Source: Methanothermobacter thermautotrophicus str. Delta H
Lineage (GTDB): Archaea > Methanobacteriota > Methanobacteria > Methanobacteriales > Methanothermobacteraceae
Direction: 5' to 3'
Assembly: GCF_000008645.1 (NCBI RefSeq)
Contig: NC_000916.1
Span: forward strand, 1,200,001 to 1,232,000
Length of the DNA stretch: 32,000 nucleotides
Below, in pieces: positions 25,144-32,000 of this stretch (the stretch's first letter is position 1; the number at the start of each line of letters is the position of its first letter). The notes under the pieces are model-generated. The model searched no databases and was not told the origin of the DNA. It worked only from the letters and a program-made list of their open reading frames with translations. The position numbers were made by a program, and so were the translations under genes.

Positions 25144-25205
25144 TTTAGGAAATCCTAAAATTTAGTTACACCTAAATCATATATAAAGTTTTAGGTTTAC
25201 CTAAA
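25144..25205. promoter_or_regulatory. feoAB promoter with three 16-bp palindromes flanking the TATA box
   Basis: The palindromes are TTTAGGAaaTCCTAAA (25144-25159), TTTAGTTacACCTAAA (25161-25176) and TTTAGGTttACCTAAA (25190-25205). The TATA element CTTTATATA on the minus strand lies at about 25180-25188. Confidence 0.7.
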
Positions 25206-25218
25206 CCATGTTGCAGTT

Positions 25219-25229
25219 AAAAAATAAAA
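25219..25229 (-). terminator. Oligo-T tract (TTTTATTTTTT on the minus strand) after the cobN-like stop
   Basis: Read directly from the sequence. It lies 9 nt downstream of the TGA at 25238-25240. Confidence 0.5.
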
Positions 25230-25237
25230 GAATAGCC

Positions 25238-28200
25238 TCAGTATCTTCCCTGGAAGAAGTAACCCACTCCAAGGAGACACACAAGGCTTATAACACCAAT
25301 TATAGCATATATGGGAGTCTGAGTGCTTGAAGAGGTGCTGTTGGTTGATGCTGCAACCTCATAGGCCTTTCCAGAACCTTCAGAAGCTCCAGAGTTTTCT
25401 GAAACCTCTGATGACTCTAAAGCCTCATCTGACGATGAACCTGATGCTCCGCCTGCATTCCCTGCGGAACCTGAAGAAGGTTCACCTGTCTCACCGATTC
25501 CATCCCCATTCACTGAGCCCGGCTGTGAATCCCCAGAGCCAGGAACATCAATGGACTTCCCTGTGGCTGCAGCCATTGCAGCCGCAAATTTTCTGAGGGC
25601 CGCCTGGTTGAGGGATGATAGCTTCACCACCCAGCTGTTGAAGACCATGTTGGCACATGTGTGGTGACAGCAGACAACACCATACTCATTAACCGCCGCG
25701 ATGTACTCATCGGCAAGCCTCTGCAGTGTAGCTGAATCTGTGCTCCAGAGGCCCCTGCGGCTGGCCTCAAGGAGCCAGGCTACCGTTGAGGCATAGGAGT
25801 AGGGCTGAAGACTCTTAAATCTGCTGCTTACCTGAGGATCAAAGACATAGGTCTCTGCAACCTTCTGCCACATCCAGTCCTGGACCAGATCAGGGGTGAC
25901 TGCACTCCAGCCGAATAGATGTCCTATCTCCTTGGATATCTGATGAGCACCTGAGAATCCCTGATTCAGCATTCCCTCAATCCATTTCGGGTTGTAGGTC
26001 CTTGTTCTGAGTTCTGCTGCAATGAAATCTGCCAGTGTCTCCATTCGTGGTGTGAACCTTGTATTGGCGATGTATGAGGCAACATTCCTTCCTGAAATGG
26101 TCCTTGCAGCCATCGTGAGACCCCCAAGGTACTGGTAAACGTCGTCGTTGTCAAGAACACCGTAAACACTGTCCCTGACCTGTACTGTTGCATCCACATT
26201 TGATAGCTGCTTCATGAAGACCTCCTTTGCATCAATGGCGTATATGTCCTTTCCATAGATGAATCCCATATGATTCAGGTAGGTTTCAAGGAGCTGTGAC
26301 TGATTATCCCACTTTGCAGTTGATTCAACCACTTCAGGTAGCCCGGTACCGTAACTTCCAGGGGCACTGCCAAATATCCTTGCACCGGCAAGTGTCTCCG
26401 CTGCCTGTAAACCCCTGGCAGTATAATTCGCCAGGTCTGCAAGGTAATGTTTCCTGAGGTAGTTGCCTTCCACCGGTTCATCCAGTTTCATGACAAGCCT
26501 TATCGCCTCATCCATCCTGTCGATACTGTAGGCAAATGTGTCTCTGAACAGTCCACTGATAGTGACCAGAACATCGATTCTGGGCCTTCCAAGCACTTCC
26601 AGGGGTGTTACACTTATTCCTGTGAATCTTCCTGATTTATCCCATACCGGTTCAGCTCCGATGAGTCTCAGAACCATTGCTATTGTCTGACCACTGGTCC
26701 TCATGGTCTCAATTGCCCAGAGAACCACCCCAACAGATTCGGGATATCTGCCATTCCTTGAAAGGTAATCTGCAATGAGGTCATCTGCCATCTTCTTACC
26801 GATCTCCCATGCAGCCCTATCAGGTGCAAGTCTGGGGTCAAAGGAATAGGAATTCCTTCCCGTCGGCAGGAGGTCGGGTATCCTTATGGGATCAGCCCCC
26901 CGACCCGGTTCAACAAAACGTCCCTCAAGGGCCCTCAGAAGGTTTGTGATCTCCTGGTCAGTGGCAAGTTTCTCTCTTACGGCATTCCGGAACTCTGTGT
27001 TATTCCTCGATGCTGGGTCAAAGCTCACAATTGCCTCCACCATTGCATCAAGGAGCTCCCCGCTAAGGGGTTCCCCGAAGACATGTAACCCGTAGGGTAT
27101 CAGTGTTGCTGATAGCTCATCAAGCCTGTGCTCAATTCGATCAAGGGCCTCTTCAAAGGAAGCATTGAGGTCAATGTTAAGTTCCCTGTGAAGGTCCAGT
27201 TTAACCGTGAGATTTCTGATTTCCTCAGCGATTATCAGCTTTCTCTGGGGATCCTCAGACGTATGGTAAAGGTTAATTTTGTGTTCAAGTTCAGATAGAT
27301 CCCCGTAAAGTTCACTTACCACCATAGGGGGGATGTTATGGTTTATGAGGACCGCGTACCCACGCCTCTTTGCCTGAGTCCCCTCACCCGGGTTGTTTAC
27401 GATGTAGGGGTAGATATGTGGCAGGTCACCTATCATCACGTCGGGCCAGTCAAGGGATGATAGACCAACTGATTTCCCTGGTAACCATTCGAGGGTTCCG
27501 TGTGTACCAAGATGTATAACTGCGTTGAAGTTTTTCTGAAGCCAGAGATAGAATGCAAGGTACTGGTGGTGCGGTGGGAGTGTTGTTGAATGTATGAGGT
27601 CAGCTGCATCCTCGCCGAATCCGCGCATTGGCTGGGGGCCGAGGAATACGTTGCCAAGCATAACACCCGGGATCACTATGCTGCCATTGTAGACCATGAC
27701 GTTTCCAGGGGCAGGTCCCCATGTCGCTGTTATGTTATTTCTCAGGGTTTCTGGCAGTAGACTGAACCAGTTAAGGTATTCAGATACTGGAACTGTTACT
27801 GCGCCGGCCCTGACAACCTTCTCAAGTTCACCCGGAGCCCATGAACCCACATTCAGGCCCGGCCCGAGGAGTATGTTTATCACCTCTGCAGTGGATTTTT
27901 CCTCAACATTGTAGCCAGCACTCCTTAGCGCCCTCAGTATGTTGCTGATGCTCTCTGGTACGTTGAGGTAACTCGCACTGATACCATCCTTACCCCCACC
28001 AATGTTGTAGTATATAAGGGCTATCTTCTTCTCCGCATTTGGAAGTTCCCTTAACTTTATCCAGTTGATCAATCTCTCTGTGAGCCTCTCTATCCTTTCA
28101 GGAATCGGAACATAGTATGTATAACGCAGCCCTGTCTGAGGGTCTGTCTCCTCAACTCCGCCGCCGATCATGACTGGCTCTATCCTTCCGTCGATCTCTG

Positions 28201-29227
28201 GAAGTGCTATCTGCCAGTACACCTCAGATGAAAGTCCTGATATGCTCTCGTTCCATGCCCTGAGATTTGATGCATAGACCGCAGCAATTGCGGGTAAATC
28301 AAGTTCCGTGAGGATTGCTGTGGAGTTCAGGGGATCACCGCTGTATAAATTGAAGCCCATGCATGTTATGAGACCGCTGATCCTGGGAGTCCTGTTACCA
28401 TCCAGGAAGAAGTTCTCAATAAGGTTCCGCTTTGTAGCTGTGTCAGCTGCAAAGCCAAGGATCACATTGTAACCCTTTCTCTCAAGGCTCTCAAGTATGG
28501 CGGTGTGCATTCTCATGTCGCTTCCACGGTAGTATGTATCGAATGTGATTATGCCCACCCATGGTTTTCCTGCCCTGTAGTGGCCGCTCTGAACATACCA
28601 GGAGTAGTAACGGTCCCATGCTGTGAACTGTTCGCCGGCGTCGGGGTGATATACAAATGATTTCACCGCGGGAATGGCTGTTACATTCTCCTCATTTTTT
28701 AGCTGCATTCCAGCATCCCTCAGAAGGAGGAGCATCATTCTCCGGAAGTTCTCGGGGCCTCCCTGATCCCAGATGTACTTCACTGTTGCGTTGTCCGCAC
28801 CCACACGGGGATCATCCTTGAATGTGTTGCCGGTTCCTATGGCAATTATTTTGCTGGCCCCCGTAACATTAAGGATTGGATTGACCTTCGCCAGGGTGTT
28901 TGGAGAACTTATCATCTGAATGAGAATCACGTCAGCCTTTCTACCCGCCTCCAGTGCCGCCATGTCTATCTGAGGATCGTTCCTTAGAAGTTCATCGTTT
29001 GTGAACATTGAAAGATTGAATCTGTAGCCGTCCCGTCCTGCAAGTTTATAGCCTTCCACTATTGCCTTTGTACTCGAAGTTGACCCTGTGATTATGAGAA
29101 TACTGTAATGGGAAGAATTCTGCTGAATCGCACCCTCTGTGACGTTGCTGCTGTTATCAGCCGCTGAAACACCTCCCGCAAGCATGATTGTCATGAGTAG
29201 AATCACTGGAATAACTGATGTCCTCAA
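25238..29227 (-). CDS. CobN/Mg-chelatase-H-family protein with signal peptide and C-terminal membrane anchor (predicted cell-surface)
   Basis: 1329-aa ORF. The TTG start lies 5 nt after a GGAGGTG site. There is a signal peptide (MRTSVIPVILLMTIMLAGGVSAADN) and the CobN/BchH hallmark HLGTHGTLEWLPGK. Many N-x-S/T sequons occur. The C-terminus has a G/S/E-rich linker, KAYEV, and a TM helix (IYAIIGVISLVCLLGVGYFF). Confidence 0.85.
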   Translation of the reverse strand: MRTSVIPVILLMTIMLAGGVSAADNSSNVTEGAIQQNSSHYSILIITGSTSSTKAIVEGYKLAGRDGYRFNLSMFTNDELLRNDPQIDMAALEAGRKADVILIQMISSPNTLAKVNPILNVTGASKIIAIGTGNTFKDDPRVGADNATVKYIWDQGGPENFRRMMLLLLRDAGMQLKNEENVTAIPAVKSFVYHPDAGEQFTAWDRYYSWYVQSGHYRAGKPWVGIITFDTYYRGSDMRMHTAILESLERKGYNVILGFAADTATKRNLIENFFLDGNRTPRISGLITCMGFNLYSGDPLNSTAILTELDLPAIAAVYASNLRAWNESISGLSSEVYWQIALPEIDGRIEPVMIGGGVEETDPQTGLRYTYYVPIPERIERLTERLINWIKLRELPNAEKKIALIYYNIGGGKDGISASYLNVPESISNILRALRSAGYNVEEKSTAEVINILLGPGLNVGSWAPGELEKVVRAGAVTVPVSEYLNWFSLLPETLRNNITATWGPAPGNVMVYNGSIVIPGVMLGNVFLGPQPMRGFGEDAADLIHSTTLPPHHQYLAFYLWLQKNFNAVIHLGTHGTLEWLPGKSVGLSSLDWPDVMIGDLPHIYPYIVNNPGEGTQAKRRGYAVLINHNIPPMVVSELYGDLSELEHKINLYHTSEDPQRKLIIAEEIRNLTVKLDLHRELNIDLNASFEEALDRIEHRLDELSATLIPYGLHVFGEPLSGELLDAMVEAIVSFDPASRNNTEFRNAVREKLATDQEITNLLRALEGRFVEPGRGADPIRIPDLLPTGRNSYSFDPRLAPDRAAWEIGKKMADDLIADYLSRNGRYPESVGVVLWAIETMRTSGQTIAMVLRLIGAEPVWDKSGRFTGISVTPLEVLGRPRIDVLVTISGLFRDTFAYSIDRMDEAIRLVMKLDEPVEGNYLRKHYLADLANYTARGLQAAETLAGARIFGSAPGSYGTGLPEVVESTAKWDNQSQLLETYLNHMGFIYGKDIYAIDAKEVFMKQLSNVDATVQVRDSVYGVLDNDDVYQYLGGLTMAARTISGRNVASYIANTRFTPRMETLADFIAAELRTRTYNPKWIEGMLNQGFSGAHQISKEIGHLFGWSAVTPDLVQDWMWQKVAETYVFDPQVSSRFKSLQPYSYASTVAWLLEASRRGLWSTDSATLQRLADEYIAAVNEYGVVCCHHTCANMVFNSWVVKLSSLNQAALRKFAAAMAAATGKSIDVPGSGDSQPGSVNGDGIGETGEPSSGSAGNAGGASGSSSDEALESSEVSENSGASEGSGKAYEVAASTNSTSSSTQTPIYAIIGVISLVCLLGVGYFFQGRY

Positions 29228-29360
29228 AATTTCACCTCCATTATACTTTATCTCAAATCATCTTTGCTTTAATAAAATATAAAATTTTCTTTAATGAAAA
29301 TAACATTTACTTTAATATAAATCCATAAACTTAAATATACTGATTTATCAATATATCTCC

Positions 29361-30071
29361 ATGATCAGTGAAGCTACAGCAAAAATGATGTCCATCCTGG
29401 ATCTCAGTTACTCCCCGGTGGGTGTGAAATTCACAGATGAAGTACCTGAGAATGCGGTTATACTCAGGAAACACAGATACTGTCAGGCCCTCATGAAGGC
29501 ACGGCAGGGTGAAGTGGTTGTGCTTCCCGGCCAGGAGATAACATGCCCCGCAGCTGCACGGGCTCTGGGTTTCAGTGAACTCCCTGAAAAACTGAAAACC
29601 GGGAGGGGCCTTGTGGGCTTCGGGATCGTGGAGAAGGAGGAGACGGGGGCAAGAATGTTTCAGGATATGCCCGAAGTTGAATGGGAAGGGCAGAGCATAC
29701 TCCTTTACCCCCTTGACAGGTACGATGAAGAACCAGACGTTGTGGTTGTGGAGGACCGTCCAGAGAAGCTCATGTGGCTAGCCTTGGCATACCTCAATCT
29801 GAGGGGAGGGGAGAGAATACAGAGCTCAACAGCGGTGCTTCAGGCGGTCTGTGTGGATGCCACAATCATACCCTATCTGACATCAGAGCTCAACATCAGT
29901 CTGGGATGCTATGGATGCAGGGATGCAAGCGACATAGAACCAGAGGATGCACTGGTTGGCTTTCCAGGATCTATCCTCCTGGAAATCGTTGAAAAACTTG
30001 AATATCTGAATGAAAGGGCCATACCCCGTTCAAGGGCAAAAAATGCCCTTAAAAATTTGAGAGGTGATTGA
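29361..30071 (+). CDS. DUF169-family protein
   Basis: 236-aa ORF. The N-terminal LSYSPVGVKF...YCQALMKARQG pattern is typical of DUF169. This comes from memory and was not searched. Confidence 0.65.
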   Translation: MISEATAKMMSILDLSYSPVGVKFTDEVPENAVILRKHRYCQALMKARQGEVVVLPGQEITCPAAARALGFSELPEKLKTGRGLVGFGIVEKEETGARMFQDMPEVEWEGQSILLYPLDRYDEEPDVVVVEDRPEKLMWLALAYLNLRGGERIQSSTAVLQAVCVDATIIPYLTSELNISLGCYGCRDASDIEPEDALVGFPGSILLEIVEKLEYLNERAIPRSRAKNALKNLRGD

Positions 30072-30072
30072 A

Positions 30073-30384
30073 ATGGCATGGTTTGCTGGATACCCACGTG
30101 AGAAGATAGAATGGTACCCAACCATTGATCCGGAAAAATGCGTTAAATGCGGTATGTGCATGAACTGTGGACAGAAGGTCTACAAGTGGACAAAGGAGGG
30201 TCCGGTAGTCGCACAGCCCTACAAATGCGTTGTGGGATGCACAACATGCGCAACACTCTGTCAGGGAAACGCCATAACGTTCCCGGACAAGGATAAACTC
30301 AGGGAACTCTACAAGAAAGAAGGTATATGGGCAAAGGTTAAAAGGGAACTCATCAAGGAGGGTAAACTGGAACCCGAGGAATGA
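30073..30384 (+). CDS. Ferredoxin-like protein with two atypically spaced Cys clusters
   Basis: The clusters are CVKCGMCMNC and CVVGCTTCATLC. A GAGGTGAT site precedes the ATG at 30073; the ORF track gives a GTG at 30064. Confidence 0.7.
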   Translation: MAWFAGYPREKIEWYPTIDPEKCVKCGMCMNCGQKVYKWTKEGPVVAQPYKCVVGCTTCATLCQGNAITFPDKDKLRELYKKEGIWAKVKRELIKEGKLEPEE

Positions 30385-30392
30385 GGGATCAA

Positions 30393-30676
30393 ATGAAACT
30401 CACATACATACCCTCAGCATATATCACCACACCGGTAAGATTTATGAGATCACGGTTGAAGTTCCGGGTGTGAAGAAGAGCGATATCCACCTTGAAATGA
30501 CGGAGCAGGGTTTCTGTCTCAATGCTGAAGGTGAAAAGTTTAAGTACAGCGGTTGCTGGTCACTTGCGCACCGTGTGAAGCCAGAAACTGCGTCTGCAGG
30601 TTTCTCAGATGGTCTGCTAAGGATAACTGTTGAACTTGCAGAGGGCGTTAAGGGTCTTGAGGTGCCCGTGGACTGA
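30393..30676 (+). pseudogene. Hsp20/alpha-crystallin-domain remnant (frame-disrupted or N-terminally truncated)
   Basis: The ACD-like sequence SIYHHTGKIYEITVEVPGVKKSDIHLEM...GLLRITVEL is in frame back to 30278. That frame has no ATG, GTG or TTG before 30470. An SD-preceded ATG at 30393 is in a different frame and stops after 26 codons. Confidence 0.4.
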
Positions 30677-30767
30677 CCTCCATACTCTTCTCTTTTTCAG
30701 GAGCATCCATGAAAATTCAGCATCACCATGAACAGAGATATCAGTGGGAACCAGCATATTACTGATT

Positions 30768-30929
30768 ATGACAAAAAAGATGGTCGGGATTCGCTGCCAG
30801 TGCAGTGACCCCGCGGTGAAGAGAAGGGGTTCCGGTATGAGGACCGTGATGTGCCCCATTTGTGGCAGGATATACAGGACAGACAGGGAGGACCAGGTCT
30901 GCTTCAACTGCAGGAAGGGCAGGTCCTGA
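30768..30929 (+). CDS. Small zinc-ribbon protein
   Basis: The Cys pattern is CQC-x19-CPIC-x13-CFNC. The start is uncertain: the ORF track gives a GTG at 30744, and ATGs occur at 30768 and 30780. Confidence 0.35.
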   Translation: MTKKMVGIRCQCSDPAVKRRGSGMRTVMCPICGRIYRTDREDQVCFNCRKGRS

Positions 30930-30993
30930 TGGGGACGGCCAATAGAATCAGAACATCAAAAAAATCAGGTCCTGATAGAAAGGACAGATCAGA

Positions 30994-31974
30994 TCAGAAT
31001 ATCATGAGAAGTCCCCGCCCGGTTCCCCAGATTATACTCACCGCTATGATGAGTATAACAAATATGGATACGTAGCTAACAGCAGGCTTCACAATCCTCT
31101 CAGGTAACCTGTACCTCAGGAGCTCCTCAAACATCAGACCGCCGTCCAGGGGCTTCGCAGGAAGTAGGTTCACCGTACCAACCGCAAAGTTGAGGAAGAA
31201 TATCCAGAAGAAGAGTTCCTCAAGATAGGTCAGGGCGAAGGGTAAGGTATCCCCCAACACTGATGCAACGGAGTCCCTCACCCGTAGGTGGTTGCTGGTC
31301 CGGATGCCCATGTAGGCCCTGCTTGAGTTGTTAGGATTCCTCCCGGTCTTCAGGTGAAAGGTCCCCTGATCCGTGGTTATATTGATAACCTCCCCCACAC
31401 TTATCGTTTTGAGTGCAGCGCTGTAGGTTGTCAGGTTACTTGTTGGCATCCCGTTGATGCTCTCAATTACAAGTCCAGGGGTGAGGACCTTGCTCGCCGG
31501 GCTTCCTGGCACAACACTGTCTATCTGAACACCATCTGGCTGGAATGCCGCGGGCATGGCAAAGCTCGAAATACCGAAGAAGAGGGCGAAGCATATACCT
31601 GCAAGTATAAGGTTTGCCACGGATCCGGCAGCATATATCCTCATCTTTGAGATGGGTCTGATTTTTTTGATGTCCTCCTCGTCAGGTTCAACAAATGCGC
31701 CCGGAAGTATTGCGAGGAGAAGGAGGCCTATTGATTTTATACGGACACCCTCCAGCCTTGCAAGGATACCATGGGCAAACTCATGGACCACGATGACCGT
31801 CGCAAGTCCAATTATACCATACCCCAGGGGCACGTAGACCGGTGACCCGGGTATGTCAACACCCGGCACTATGAGTGACGCCTGGGGAGTTACAAATATG
31901 TTCTGGAGGGACATCACAAGCATGTATAGCATGTAGAACATGAAGAAGAATGCCACGGGTATGCCTGCATTCAT
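30994..31974 (-). CDS. Site-2 protease family (M50) membrane metalloprotease with PDZ domain
   Basis: It has HEFAHG, NLLPAKPLDGG and a PDZ-like insert (VVPGSPASKVLTPGLVIESINGMP). The reading frame stays open upstream to the window edge, so the true start may lie beyond 32000. Confidence 0.85.
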   Translation of the reverse strand: MNAGIPVAFFFMFYMLYMLVMSLQNIFVTPQASLIVPGVDIPGSPVYVPLGYGIIGLATVIVVHEFAHGILARLEGVRIKSIGLLLLAILPGAFVEPDEEDIKKIRPISKMRIYAAGSVANLILAGICFALFFGISSFAMPAAFQPDGVQIDSVVPGSPASKVLTPGLVIESINGMPTSNLTTYSAALKTISVGEVINITTDQGTFHLKTGRNPNNSSRAYMGIRTSNHLRVRDSVASVLGDTLPFALTYLEELFFWIFFLNFAVGTVNLLPAKPLDGGLMFEELLRYRLPERIVKPAVSYVSIFVILIIAVSIIWGTGRGLLMIF

Positions 31975-32000
31975 GATCCATCGCCATAGCTTGGGATGGC

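Overview
The window looks like a chromosomal segment of a Methanothermobacter-type hydrogenotrophic methanogen. This is an inference from three things: the msvR / fpaA-rlp-rub arrangement, the FmdE-family genes, and GGAGGTGA-type Shine-Dalgarno sites. It is gene dense, with about 36 supportable protein genes and one tRNA, except for the first ~940 bp.

Gene content, left to right:
- Housekeeping: dapF-lysA, a Nudix hydrolase, argD, a cyclophilin, ogg, hisF, tRNA-Arg(UCG).
- A cytoplasmic FmdE-family gene, divergent from a 930-aa secreted protein with two FmdE-like domains.
- An XPD/DinG-type Fe-S helicase, then cbiL.
- The known oxidative-stress locus: msvR divergent from fpaA-rlp-rub.
- A Nox/CoADR-type flavoprotein operon.
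- An ArsC/LMW-PTP-like gene, a DUF166-like gene, and a tightly coupled dsrE-dsrF-[Fe-S]-dsrH cassette.
- feoAB behind three iron-box-like palindromes.
- A 1329-aa CobN-like protein that carries a signal peptide and a C-terminal anchor.
- DUF169 plus a ferredoxin-like gene, an Hsp20 fragment, a small zinc-ribbon ORF, and an M50 site-2 protease.

I found no CRISPR array, IS element or rRNA.

Best candidates for undescribed biology:
1. The DsrEFH/TusBCD-like cassette with an inserted corrinoid-protein-type Fe-S subunit, together with its thiol-redox neighbours.
2. A pair of cell-surface homologues of normally cytoplasmic metal/tetrapyrrole proteins (CobN-like and tandem FmdE-like). They share N- and C-terminal sorting motifs, including a KAYEV + TM tail, and lie next to iron-box-controlled feoAB.
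3. An ogg-linked module of three overlapping ORFs: small protein, S24/LexA-like barrel, GAF.

All family assignments were made by eye from motifs in the supplied translations. No database search was run.
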